From assembly GCA_002104905.1 (NCBI GenBank), contig MCFE01000037.1:62001-126000 (forward strand): a stretch of 64,000 nt of DNA, in the 5' to 3' direction. A program made the position numbers and the translations under genes. The notes beneath the pieces are model-generated. The model was not told the origin of the DNA and made no database searches. It worked only from the letters and a program-made list of their open reading frames with translations. The DNA is from Basidiobolus meristosporus CBS 931.73. Its lineage: Eukaryota > Fungi > Basidiobolomycota. Shown in pieces: positions 52,401-64,000 of the stretch (position 1 is the first letter of the stretch; each line of letters begins with the position of its first letter).

Positions 52401-54830
52401 AGCAATTAACCATGCCTCTAAATGGCTAGTGGATAAAGCAGGACCTGTAGACAGTGAACAAGAAGTTGCGAGCTTCATCTACCATGAGATCCTTATGAAG
52501 TTTGGATACCTTGTAGTGATTTTATCTGATAGAGGAGCAAACTTTATGGCAAAGTCATGGGAAGCTTACCTGGGAATGCAGTAGATCAAACACTTGAAAG
52601 CTTTGGCATATCACCCTAGAACTAATGGAGTCACTGAGCGGATCAATGGATCATTTGGAAAATGCTGACCAAGTATGTAAATGGAGCCATCAGTGGATGG
52701 GATTTAGTATATGGACCAAGCACTTTTTGCATGCAGAGTTGGAGTACACAACACCACCTAACAATTGCCATTTTACTTAGTGTATGGATGTGCACCAAGA
52801 ACTCCAGGAGATCTCACACAACCAAAACTTACATATGCCTTGGAAGATGAGCTCAGTCAGCCTTGTAGACACCAGCAGCTGGAACAAAGACATCAAGAGG
52901 CACAGGCCAAAGTATCTCAAAGTGCATAAAAGATTAAGCAGAGATATGATAAAACTATATTACCAGAAGCATTGACAGTTGGGAACTTTGTATTGCTGAG
53001 AAATAACACTTGGAAGAAGTTTGAGCCACATTGGACAGGACCTTTTAAGATAATCAGAGAATATCTATTTGCAACTTACCAATTAGTGAGCAAAAAAGGG
53101 AATATTGGGGAAGATTTAGTTCACAGAGACAGACTCAAGCTTGCCAGACTTGCCAACAATGCTGAACCATCAAGACATTGGTATCACAAGAAAAGAGATT
53201 CAGGAGAACCCTCTCAACATTAGTAAGGGAAAATGTAATGATCTACTGCTTGAATGTTAAAGTTAGATCAGTTTTTAGTCACATCAACTGGTTATATTTA
53301 GCCAATCAGAATATCAGTGTTATCTTTCAAATCAGTTGCATTAGTCAGTCAATGAATCAGCAGATCCTTATCAGACAGAAAAAGATATATTAAGTAGGAT
53401 CATATTGGGTGATGATAATGTAATTAAATAAGTCATCAGCCACAACCTACACTAGGAAAGACAATCAGTCAGCAATTGATCTGGCAAAATGTATATAAGG
53501 AGCTGCTGGAACCTCAATAAAAATCAGCTTAAGTTTTAGTGAAGACAATACTAGCAAGGATTTTGTAACAGGACTTAAGCGGCTATGCTACAAGCATAAA
53601 GCTGAACATATAGATCTCTGCCTCTACTGTATCCATTCTCTACTCTATCTTGCTTGGTATGTGTGAAGTATTGGGCCTTGCTTTGCATTTTGTGAGTTTC
53701 CTATGGTGCAGATGTGTGGGGAGATAGGAATACAAGTCAAGTTGCAGGTATTACCATATCTCAATCTCATCAAGAATTGTACATTTAAGTCCATCATGGA
53801 TGTGATGAGTAACCATATGGAGGACAGCCTGCTAGAGTTGTAAAATACTGAGGAAAGATGTGCACATAGAGACACTTATGCCTTTGGCATTAAGAAGCTA
53901 CGTAGCCCCAATTCATGGATAATCAACTAAGTAATGCAAAGTTGGGTTGGGCACAACAAGCATCTGACTTTAATTAGGACAACTCCATCAAAGTATGCTG
54001 GGTTTCTCTAGGTCACAGCTAATTATTACACTATCCAACATAGAATTCACACAAACAAGATCCAGAGTGCACCTATAAGGGGGAATAGAATTCAGCTGGG
54101 AGAAGGAATATATTGACCAAATACTAAGAAGTTCTTTGTGGATATTCAAGAGGTATATATAGCCAAAGTGGTGTCAATCAAGCATATGTTTGCAAGTTGT
54201 ATATGTTACAACAATACAAGGTATGTGGCAACTTTAAAACTACCACACTAAAAAGCCATAAAGTTAAGGTTTTAGAGTATGTAGAGGTTAGTATGCAGGA
54301 GGCAATAGTATCTTTTGATTTAATCTGTATGTGGAATTCCAAAGGTAGTAGCTGATAAGCAAATAAAGAGGGGTGATTCTAGAGTGGAATATATGAATGG
54401 CACAAGGGGAGTTAGAAAAAGAAAATACCATTTGGCAAGTTGGGTACAGTAGCATTTTATAGAACTATCTCTATGTTGCCACACTACTATTACTATGTCA
54501 GCAGAGGTTAGCAATGAGCCTGTCAGAACACCATCATGTGACTTGCTGAATAAGGCAATCAAATGTATTGCTTGCTTTGTCTACTCAAATGAATGAAGAG
54601 CACATTTAAACCACCAGAATGCCATGCAATTTCTGTTGAAAGACCACTGAAACACCATCAAGTTTTAACTTTAGTTGGCTTTTAAACTGGAAAAGCAGCA
54701 ATTCAATCCTGTCATAAGATTTCATGGAGAGTCAATAATCCAAGCTGCCAACATTGTGATGGAATCATTGTGGGATCCTGACAGCTTTTGGATTAAATTC
54801 ACCTGTAGGACTAAATTATTTTTTGTAGTG
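49490..54830 (+). mobile_element. Plus-strand CACTA transposase 3' half and terminus (49490-49842 and 53571-54830), split by a gypsy element
   Basis: INIHTRMQQFKFKGRM before the LTR; DUF4218-like C-terminal homology after it. Position 54830 reads CACTACAAAAAATAATTTAGTCC on the minus strand. Confidence 0.8.
49843..53570 (+). mobile_element. Degenerate Ty3/gypsy retrotransposon with two LTRs (about 49843-50211 and 53234-53570) and almost no gag
   Basis: Protease end (FDLLLGKA*L..NPSINW); RT (PYRMSP, SPWGAP, IDYRALN, FGPTNAPATF, YLND); RNase H (TDASEYAIGGVLSQ); integrase (WGIDFIG, SDRGANF, HPRTNG, WTGPFKI). Purine tract AGTAAGGGAAAA precedes the 3' LTR. Confidence 0.92.
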
Positions 54831-54849
54831 AGCTGGTGTAACCTCAGGA

Positions 54850-55637
54850 AAAGTCTTATTGTTGTTTAAGCCCAGAATGTAATACCTTATGAGCTGGCAT
54901 CTGGCAATATCATCCTTTGGGAGACATCAAACCAGCTGGAGAAATAGCTCAGTGTAGGCTCTGTAGCTCTCACTGCTTTTCTTCCATGTGGATAGCAGGA
55001 GGGGTTTTTAATGGTATTGTTTTGCATATAGAAAGTGTGTCATTTAATCCACTTCTAGCCCATCCTAGTTGCCTTTGATTGCATCCTCCAGCCCTTGATA
55101 CCATTGCCATGCAGACCCTTCCCTATTTCTTGCAAACTTGCTTACTCTCTTATTGTTGTTCCATCCTGCATCAACCGCTAACCTGTCAAGCTTATCAAAC
55201 AACTCAAGGGCTTTCACTATTTTCCCTATGCATGCATTTAATTTGATTGTAGTAGGTATTACATCATTTGTGCTTATTTGTACAGAGACAGCACATAATA
55301 TGTGGTTTACAACCAACTCTGCTTAGTAATTGGGGAATCTTTTAGGTCAAGTTGGTACCACCTGGTTCAAAATAGCTTCCAATAGAAGGTAGCAAGGTGA
55401 TAGTGTCCTATGTTCATTATATCAATAATCAGTCACTCTTTACCTGACTAAATTAGTTATATATACATCCCACTGAGAGGGCTCAGGTGCTAGATGATAT
55501 GTTATAAATAGCTGTGTGACCACCTTCCTATTTGGGTGAGTGTTCTAACTAGGTAAAGACAGGAACAGGCAGGAAGACACATGAGGGAGCTATAGGAAGG
55601 CTTTTGGTAAGGTGCTGGGGGAACTATTGGCCAAGGA
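54850..55637 (-). mobile_element. Gypsy-type LTR (about 55637-55301) followed by a gag fragment
   Basis: The LTR is homologous to the solo LTR at 28865-29234; the gag-like frame reads LDRLAVDAGWNNNKRVSKFARNREGSAWQWYQGL. Confidence 0.65.
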
Positions 55638-58166
55638 CCCTACAAAAAATAATTTGGTCCCACAGATCCAATCCAGATCAGCCATCAAGATACCTTCAGG
55701 AGACTGCTATAATACCAGCATCTTGGAATTAATGATCATCTACACAATTGTATGGCAGGATCACAACAGCATTTGGCTAATTTTACAGCAAAATAAATTT
55801 AAAATATAACAGTGTTTGTATAGTGCTTTGCTAAGAGTGGCATGGCAATGTTGAAGTCTCAGTGCGCTCAACAACTCTTTGAGTGGATCTAACCTGACAG
55901 TACATCCAATTGCCTTATATAACAATAAAGTTGACAGTGTTTTGATGGCCTCATTGTGAGCCTATGATGGCACTATCTTGGCAGTATGGCAACCTACAAC
56001 CAGCTCAGTATAATGCTACCATACCAATTTACCAAATGGAGTTTCCTTTTTCTACCTCCCCTTGTGCAATTCATATATTACACTGTAGAGTCACCCCACT
56101 TTATTTGCTTACCCACTACTACCTTGGGTATTTCACATATATTTTGGATCAAAAAATACTATGGCCTCCTGCTTACTAGTCTCTACAAACATGCAGAGCT
56201 GCCACAGATGACAAACTTGTATTACCTCAACTTTAGAGCTTTTTAGTGTGATCCTTGCAAAGTTGCCATATACCTTGTATTGCCGGTAACATATATATAT
56301 CCTGCAAACATATGCTTGGTTGCCTGCGCTTCTGCCATGGATACCTCCTGAATATCCACAAAGAACTTCTTGGTATTCAGCCAATACATTCCTTCTCCCT
56401 GCTGGATTCTAGTCCCCTTATAGGTGTGCTCTGGCTTCTGTTTGTGTTGATTCCATATTGAATAGTGAAGAAGTGTGCTTGTGACCAAGAGAAACCCAGC
56501 ATACTTTGGTAAAGCTCTCCTTATAATAATTAGTTGCTTATTGCATCCAACCCAACTTTGCACTACTCAACTGATAACCTATGCATTGGGGCTGCTTAGC
56601 TTCTTAAAACCATAGGCATAGGTGTCACCATGTGCACATCTGTCCTCAGTATTTTCCAACTGTTCCTAGATGTCCTTGTGTGCCAACTCATCACATCCAT
56701 GACAGACTTGAAGGTAATATTCTGGATGAGATTAGGATATGGTGGTACCTGCAACTTGACTTGTTGTCCTATTTCCCCACACATCCACTCCTAGGAAACT
56801 CCCAAAAGGGGAAGCAAGGCCCAATATTCTCCACACACCAAGTAATACAGAGATGCAAATGGATACACTAGCAGCAGAGATCTATGCGTTCAGCTTTATG
56901 TTTGTAGTATAGCTGCTTAAATCCTGTCACAAAAACTTTGCACAAAAGCTGCAGATGCATCAAGTTGGCATTGGTGATCTGCCACTGAATAAACATTCCT
57001 ACAGAGTCCACATATGACTTCTAATGCTTCCAATGTACTCTTGGTAGAAGTGGCTTCAGAAGGCCACTTGAATTAATATGTAGCTAGTTCATTCAAACTT
57101 TGCTTTTGTATTGTTGCTTATGCATACAAGTGTTGATTGGAGCCCATGAGAGGTACTTAGGGTAGAGGATACTCTGTAATATCTTGCCAATAATTTCAAA
57201 TTTCTATGGTATCTCAAAGGGTGCATTTAGCTTGAAATGCCCCATGTACTACTTGGTCATCAGTGTAGGGGTATAGATGGAAAGCAAGTGTATTGCTCCT
57301 ATTGTAAAGCTTTTGCTCCAACTGATACCATCTATCTTAAGTATCTCTGGTTTTGAATTGAATTCATGTTCTGGCCAACTGCTTACAGCTTGCCAACTTT
57401 GCTGCATTTACATGCTGACTTCTGTATCTTCTCTATGCAGAAAGATGCTGCTCTCAGTGTTGGTGTTTGCGTAATAATAATGTGTGTGAGTTATGGAGTA
57501 AGTCCCCTGGATCTCACACATTTGTCAGCATTACCATCCATTGTGCCCAGAACAGCCAGCTATCTTGCTGATGGCTGGGGTATCTTTAATGCAGATGATA
57601 ATATGTACTTTGACATGACAGCGTTTTAGTGTTATCCTGCTGGAAAGCATACCAAACTCATCCAGCAATGGATACAGGTAGGTATCCAGGTTGGATGGCA
57701 ATTTATGTTCAGATATCAATGAGACTACCATCAGATTTCTGCTCTGATACTGTAAAAACAGGCTGCAGATTCAGGTTGATGAAAATCTGTGACTGGCAGG
57801 ATTTGCTGGTAAAGTACTTGTTTAATAAGAATCTATCAAGTGCCAAGGCAATGGCAGGGTCATACATACCTTCAAAGTAGTCCTTGTGTCTTAGCTGTTT
57901 GTAATGCTTGCTCTCAAATATATTAGATATGTTTGTGCTTGATCGGCACTGAGTGTGGTACATTATTTATATCTTCACAAGTACTGTCAGACTGCATGAT
58001 CTTCTTTGGATGAGCTATTACTGGAACATATAAAGAGTGTAAGCAATGTTTTCCCCCAGTGGTGGTTGATTCCTGACAAGTTGGACTCCTGAAATGGTGG
58101 CATTTTCTGATGCAAATGCCATGCAACTGTTTACACATGCTGGTATCAGGACAGTCTCTGGGTCAT
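55638..58166 (-). mobile_element. Decayed CACTA copy: terminus at 55638 and most of the transposase gene
   Basis: CCCTACAAAAAATAATTTGGTCC, followed by Tnp2 motifs (ALALDRF, SNLDTYLYPLLDEF, SGHNG, MCGEIGQQVK, DPETVLIPACVNSC); cut at 58167 by the next copy. Confidence 0.85.
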
Positions 58167-60036
58167 CTCTATGAAAAATAATTTGGTCCCACGGGTGGAT
58201 CCAATCCGGATCATTCGTCAAGATCTGGTTTAGAGACCATCATAATAACAGCAGCTTGGAATTAGTGACCCTCCTGAAGATCTTATAACAAGATCATGAC
58301 GGTGTTTTGCAAATTTTACAGCCAAATAAAGGGATAAAACTTGACAATATTTGATTGGTGCTGTGACAATATTTGCATGGTATTGTTGTGGTCTTTCAGC
58401 ACTCTATTACTATTTTAAGTGGATCCAGTTGGCCAGGACTTCCAATTGCCTTATATGGCAAGAAACAAAAGTTGACAGTGTTTTGATGGCCTCACAGCAA
58501 GACTCTGGTGGCTTTTTTTTGGCAGTATGACAGCCTGCCGCTGGATCTGTATAATGCTACCATACCAATTTATCAAATGGTATTTCCTTTTTCTACCTCC
58601 CCTTGTGCAATTCATATATTCCACTGTAGAATCACCTTTCTTTATTTGCCTACCCAGTACTACCTTGGGTATTCCACAGATAGCTCAAATCAAAAAAAAC
58701 TATGGCCTCCTGCTTACTAACCTCTACAAACATGCACACCTGCTGCAATTGACATATGTCTATCACCTCAACTTTATGGCTTTTTAGTGTGATACTTGCA
58801 AAGTTGCCATAAACCTTGTACTGCTGGTAGCATATACATCTTGCAAACATATGCTTGGTTGTAGCCACTTCTGCCATGAATACCTTCTGAATATTGGCAA
58901 AGAACTTCTTGTATTTAGCCAATAGACTTGTTCCATTGTACCGTGCCAGGGTGCGTGGCGCAATCCGCAGTTGTAAGCAACAATTGGGCGCAATATTATA
59001 GCTACCAGAAGGCTGGATTGTTCTTGGACAATTTTGCACTATGTGGGACAATCTTGCACACTATGGCGCAATCTGACACAATGAGGTTGGCATGGATGAT
59101 TGCACCAACTTGTAATGTTTGCATCACGTGCGCAATTGGATACCGCTATTATGGCAGGTAAACTCCGGTATTTGGATATGTTTCTTTAATGTAAATGGAA
59201 ATAAATGTGTATCCCACTATAAACTACACTGATACTTACCATTTTGGTTACCATCACTCCAGTTGGACAAAATCTCAGTGGTTAATTGGTTCAAAAGTAT
59301 CCTGAAACTGGAAGCCCCCAATTGGCACATTCACTACTAAATAAGCTACCTGATTTGCCATTAAATATCCCATTTTGCCCATTGAGCAAGTAAATCCCTG
59401 ATCCTAGTAATTGGACAAAGTGTCATTGCTAGCACGCAAGCAATTGGGTTGGTGAAAAACAGATCTAATAGCTGCACTGGTTTTACAGATGATGTACATA
59501 TATGCAGGGTGTTTATTTACAGGGGTTCTGTCTCAAATGTGAGACAACATTGATATTACTTATATCAAAAATTTGATGATCACTGATTTGCAATGGCTCA
59601 ATTTGGATTGCAAAAAAATGGGTTGTTGGGATCATTACAAATAATAGCAATTCAAAGCAATTGCATCATCTTCTCCTGGGTTTTTTTCTAACAGGAATTA
59701 CTACTGAAGCATTTGGTAGTGACTCACTTTGCACACTATACTACTTCCTGGCTGACTATCATCTTGGCTACTTGTGTTTTTGTAGTCAGTATTTTGCCTC
59801 CTAGTGGATGAGTGCAATGCTGCAGCTTGGCCACGCTGAATTGCTCCAACCGAACCAACTAAACTGGCCTGGAGTGCCACGCGCTGACACGTTCTTTTAC
59901 TTGCCAAGGGCTCTGGTGGTTGAGGCACTTCATGTTGGTCATCATCAGTCAGTTCACCAGAAGTAACTTGCTGATGGTTAGGCAAAACGGCACGTGCAGG
60001 CACACCTTGACATGTTGAGATTGCCCTTGGCTGAGT

Positions 60037-60912
60037 TCAATGTGATGCTGCATGTTGATGCAACTTGGTCCGCTCCAATGGACTTGTGTCTAAATGAGCA
60101 GTTTGGCAAGTTCTGGTAGTTTTGCTCTGAAGCATGCGCATTGGCCCGACGTGCGTTGACTTGATGTGGGGTGCTCTGGTAAAGGGTGTTGGCATAGTCT
60201 GGACTGACATGCGCCGGCACGCTGTAGTTGCAAGAGATGGTAAGGAATCCAGCAAGGCATGCTGGTGCAATCTGGACAATGTTGCTTGCGGTCTGTATTC
60301 TTCCTCCTGAAGCGCACCATCTGATTCCTTAAGGTATTCACTTACCCTGTGTCTGATACTTTGGAGCTGTTGCCTGGATGAGTCCTGTGTAAATTGCTCT
60401 TGGAAGCCACTTAGCTCTACTAATATATCACGTAATACATTAGTCATTTGAGGCAAAAACTCATTCAAAATCTCTTTGGTTCCCAAAGTTGAGGCACAAA
60501 CAGACATGTCCGGCCCATACTGTGCAAATTGCACCCAAAATTGTTCCTGCACAGCTTCTTCATCAAATCCCCTCACTCTCAGCTCATTCTTGATTTTAAT
60601 ACTTGTCTTGTTATATATCTTCTTACATACATTTGCTGGCATCTTGATGTAGAACTCATGCAACAGCTTTCTACTCAAGTTCTTCCATCTTTGTTGACTC
60701 TCTGAGGTATCTAGTTCTGCTAGATTAATCAGTAGTGCCCAAATATCTGTATGAAGGCTCATCATAGACACTTGGGCCATACTAAAATCATTTGGCAAGA
60801 ACTCAAACGGATCCAACATTGACTTTTCTGGTCCGGACCATGCTTGTGAGCTGGGGGATGGGTTTTGTCTGGGTTGTACTAAAAATGAGTTGAGACTTGG
60901 TATGGGGACCAT
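60037..60912 (-). CDS. Harbinger-type element ORF2, unknown function; weak Myb/SANT(MADF)-like W...RWKNL motif and Q/T/P-rich tail
   Basis: 291-aa open frame with a homologous copy at 23811-24398. The 3' end probably continues through a frameshift or intron into 59701-60003. Confidence 0.6.
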   Translation of the reverse strand: MVPIPSLNSFLVQPRQNPSPSSQAWSGPEKSMLDPFEFLPNDFSMAQVSMMSLHTDIWALLINLAELDTSESQQRWKNLSRKLLHEFYIKMPANVCKKIYNKTSIKIKNELRVRGFDEEAVQEQFWVQFAQYGPDMSVCASTLGTKEILNEFLPQMTNVLRDILVELSGFQEQFTQDSSRQQLQSIRHRVSEYLKESDGALQEEEYRPQATLSRLHQHALLDSLPSLATTACRRMSVQTMPTPFTRAPHIKSTHVGPMRMLQSKTTRTCQTAHLDTSPLERTKLHQHAASH

Positions 60913-61270
60913 AGCAACAGATTTGGATACTTATATAGCAGCATATTGGCATCAACCTGGTCTTATATGAAATATATATGAAAACTAATATGATTGTTGA
61001 ATTTTCCATATATTATGCATGATGCATCTTAGATTGTGTTGACATGGATCAGAGCACATCAATTGCAGATTTCCTATTTGATTGTAGACCTATGAGTAAA
61101 GCATCAATAAAAGTACCAAGGCATTGTTTGTGGATGATTTTGCAACATAATGATGGGATACATGGCAATTGATGGAGATTTAATCATAATGCATTAAAAA
61201 TCAAATAAATAATGCAGATTGCGCCAAATCAATTCAAACCACCTCCATACAATCATCCACCAATTTTAAT

Positions 61271-62155
61271 ATGAATTACTCATCTGAATGGTCTTTTCTC
61301 ATCAATTCCATCACTACCACTGGATTTCCTTTTGACACACTAGAGGAGATCTATTTCACGTACTGTGGACCATCAACCCCAATCTACTCAAGGAGATCCC
61401 TTGTTAAGCTTCTCTGCTATTACAAGAACTATTGCCCCACAAGGTTTCATCCCACCATCCATGGCAACAAAAGTCCTAGAAGCTTTCATTCCCAGCTGAC
61501 AGCAATGGAGAACCACCTTGCAGAGTGTATGAATGACTTGGAGCAAGCTTGGAATACTAGGTTCAGAAGCTCCAATAGACTTCCATATCCCAGAGTGTTC
61601 AGCAACAGGCTTCATATCAGGAGTATTTTGGATACCTTCCCAGTGAGGATTAACAGACCTTCTAGAGGGCAGAGGCACTTTTATTCTGACAAGTACAAGG
61701 CACACTGTGTGAAGTTTCAAGCACTGTCTGACATTGAGGGTAACATCATCTGGTTAAGTGGGCCATTTGCTGGAAGTAGGCATGACAAAGCACTCTGGGT
61801 AGAGAATTATCCTGAATTCAGTAGAGGGGAGAAATGTATGGCAGACTTAGTCTATGTAGGAGAGGATTGTCACAGATTAGGATGTATTACAGCTTATACA
61901 AAGCCAAGGAATGGTGTGCTTAGCAGGAAGCAGAAGCTCTACAATGAGATATTTAATCATTTCAGAGTGAGGGTAGAGCACACACTTGGATATCTGAAGA
62001 GATTCAGCATATTGGCAGGTAAATACAGAGGAAAGACATATATAGGAGAAAACAGCAGAATAGGTAAAATAGTTAAGATACTTATTAATGCACAGTATTC
62101 TCATACAAGAAGACATCCACTGAGAGAAATGTTTCTGGAGCATTATGAAGAGTAA
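61271..62155 (+). CDS. DDE_Tnp_4 (IS5/PIF/Harbinger-type) transposase, 294 aa, uninterrupted
   Basis: ILDTFPV (D), YSDKYKAHCVKFQ, GSRHD, MADLVYVG (D), NHFRVRVEHTLGYLKRF (E). Confidence 0.88.
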   Translation: MNYSSEWSFLINSITTTGFPFDTLEEIYFTYCGPSTPIYSRRSLVKLLCYYKNYCPTRFHPTIHGNKSPRSFHSQLTAMENHLAECMNDLEQAWNTRFRSSNRLPYPRVFSNRLHIRSILDTFPVRINRPSRGQRHFYSDKYKAHCVKFQALSDIEGNIIWLSGPFAGSRHDKALWVENYPEFSRGEKCMADLVYVGEDCHRLGCITAYTKPRNGVLSRKQKLYNEIFNHFRVRVEHTLGYLKRFSILAGKYRGKTYIGENSRIGKIVKILINAQYSHTRRHPLREMFLEHYEE

Positions 62156-62341
62156 ATAAAGCAAGGAAAGCACTGTTCTGAGCAAAAAAAGTAAGATTGA
62201 GTAAAATTACCAGTAACTGTATCATACCACTGGTATCATGGTAGAAACTATAGTGCCAGATAGTGCCATAGAGTGCCAGATCAATCCAGCACTATATACA
62301 GGCTGGCACTATGTGGCACTATCCAACAGAACAAGTCTAAT

Positions 62342-63954
62342 ATATTCCTTCTCCCTGCTGGACTCTAGTCCCACTTATAGGTGCGCTCTTGCTTTTGTTT
62401 GTGTGAATTCTGTATTGAACGGTGTGGAAGTTGGCTTGTGACCACAAGAAATCCGGCATATCTTGGTGGAGTTTTCCTGATAAAAATTAGTTGCTTGTTG
62501 CACCCAACCCAACTTTGCATTACTTAACTGATTACCCATGCATTGGGGCTGCTTAGCTTCTTAATGCCATAGGCATAGATGTCTCCATGTGCACATCTGT
62601 CCTCAGTATTTTCCAATGCTTTCTGGCTGTCCTCCATGTGCCAACTCATCACATCAATGACAGACTTGAAGGTAATATTTTTGATGAGATTGGGATATAG
62701 TAATACCTGCAACTTGACTTGTCTTCCTATCTCCCCACACATCTGCTTCATAGGAGACTCCCAAAAGGTGACACAAGGCCTGATATTCTCCACAGACTGT
62801 GCAAGATGGAGTAGAGAATGGATAGAGTAGCAGCAGTGATCTACGCATTCAGCTTTATGTTTGTAGTATAGCCGCTCAAATCCTGTCACAAACTCCTCAC
62901 ACAACAGCTGTAGATGCGTTAAGTTGGCATTGGTGATCTGCTTCTGGATAAATATTTGTACAATGTCCACATATAACTCCCAATGCTTCCAATGTACTCT
63001 TGGTAGGAATGGCTTCAGAACACCACTTGAATAAATACAAATCCAGTTCATCCTGTCTTTGCATTTGTATTGTTGCATATGTGTATGAATATTAATTGGA
63101 GCCTGTGAGAAGTACTTAGGGTAGAGGATACTCTGTAATATCTTGTCAATTTTTTCAAATTTCTCCAGTATCTCAAAGGGCTCATTTAGCTTGAAGTGCC
63201 CAGTGTACAACTTGGTCATCAGTATAGGGATATTGTTGAAAAGCAAATGCAATGCTCCCAGTGGAAAGCTTTTGCTCCAACAGATACCCTCTATCTTAAG
63301 TATCTCCAGTTTCCAATTGATTCCATATTTTGGCCAATGGCTTATAGCTTGCCAACTTTGCTGCAATTGCATGCTTACTTCTGTACATTCTCTCTGTAGA
63401 AAGATGATGCTCTTAGTGCTGGTGTTTGGGTAATAATAATGTGTGTGAGTTATGGAGTAAATCCCCTAGATCCCACACATTCAACAGCAATACCATCCAT
63501 TGTGCCCAGAAAAACCTGATATCTTGCTGATGGCTGGGGTATCTCCAATGCAGATATTAATATGCACTTTTTCATGATGGCTATTTACCATTATCCTGCT
63601 GGAAAGCATACAAAATTCATCCAGCAATGGATACAGGTAGCTATCTAGGTTGGACTGTGATTTAGGCCCAGATACCAGTGAGACTACCATCAGATTATTG
63701 CTCTGATACTGTAAGATGGGCAGCAGATTCAGATTGATGAGAATCAGTGGCCAGCAGGATTTTCTGGTAGAGTACTTGTTTAATGAGAATCCATCAAGTG
63801 CTAAAGCAAAGGCATGGTCATACATACCTTCAAAGTAGCCCTTGCTTCTTAGCTGTTTGTAATGTTTACCAGCAAATATATTGAATATGTTTTCACTTGA
63901 TTGATACTGAGTGTGGTACTGTATAGCTTTGCAATATTTGTCAGGCTGCATCAA
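62342..63954 (-). pseudogene. CACTA (Transposase_21 / DUF4218-like) transposase, broken into ORFs 63481-63954 and 62524-63372
   Basis: ALALDGF, CWPLILINLNL, GPKSQSNLDSYLYPLLDEF, GDTPAISKISGFSGHNG, HLLFNNI, YKCKDRMNW, IHSLLHL, WESPMKQMCG. Confidence 0.9.
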
Positions 63955-64000
63955 CTTCCTCAGACAGGGTATGGCCGGAATATATCCGGAGCTTGAACAA

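Larger units (their letters stand above)
58924..62338 (+). mobile_element. Full-length 3415-bp PIF/Harbinger-superfamily DNA transposon (Pangu-like) with two divergent ORFs, TSD AAT
   Basis: AAT|AGACTTGTTC ... GAACAAGTCT|AAT (58921-58923 and 62339-62341). Removing it restores the empty-site sequence seen at about 27855 and 56385. Confidence 0.92.
58167..64000 (-). mobile_element. Best-preserved CACTA copy (runs off the window), interrupted by the Harbinger-type element
   Basis: Terminus CTCTATGAAAAATAATTTGGTCC at 58167; transposase 3' part at 58500-58920 and core at 62342-63954. Confidence 0.88.

Noticed and set aside
49838-53575. TSD for the gypsy element (GGATG versus GGACT)
   Set aside because: Only 3 of 5 bases match and host sequence is deleted at the junction, so it is not claimed.
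17000-64000. Many 60-150 aa ORFs in the repeat block; possible CRISPR-like or tRNA/rRNA features
   Set aside because: The ORFs are fragments or antisense frames of the transposon genes listed. No regularly spaced repeat-spacer array or structural RNA gene was recognised.

Overview
Eukaryotic, fungal-type DNA with short 52-124 nt introns and CTAAC-like branch sites. An early-diverging, zygomycete-grade fungus such as Basidiobolus is my unverified guess. The window has two sharply different compartments. (1) About 0.7-16.4 kb is gene-dense and CpG-rich, with seven genes on strictly alternating strands: a Kin1/MARK kinase, NatC acetyltransferase Naa30/Mak3, an intronless bacterial-looking secreted M13 peptidase, a PILS/auxin-efflux-carrier-like transporter, casein kinase I, a complete polo-like kinase 4 (kinase, cryptic polo box, PB3), and a small unknown membrane protein with a GC-AG intron. 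(2) From about 16.5 kb to 64 kb the DNA is an AT-rich, CpG-depleted nest of transposons. It holds about ten decayed copies or fragments of one CACTA/CMC family, whose two termini and divergent accessory gene can be reconstructed. It also holds two copies of a PIF/Harbinger-superfamily (Pangu-like, AAT/ATT TSD) element, one with an uninterrupted DDE transposase ORF, three ~730-bp fold-back MITEs of that family, Ty1/copia and Ty3/gypsy relics, and several solo LTRs with target-site duplications. All calls rest on motif recognition and by-eye alignment; no database search was run. Coordinates inside the decayed region are approximate unless a TSD or terminus is quoted.
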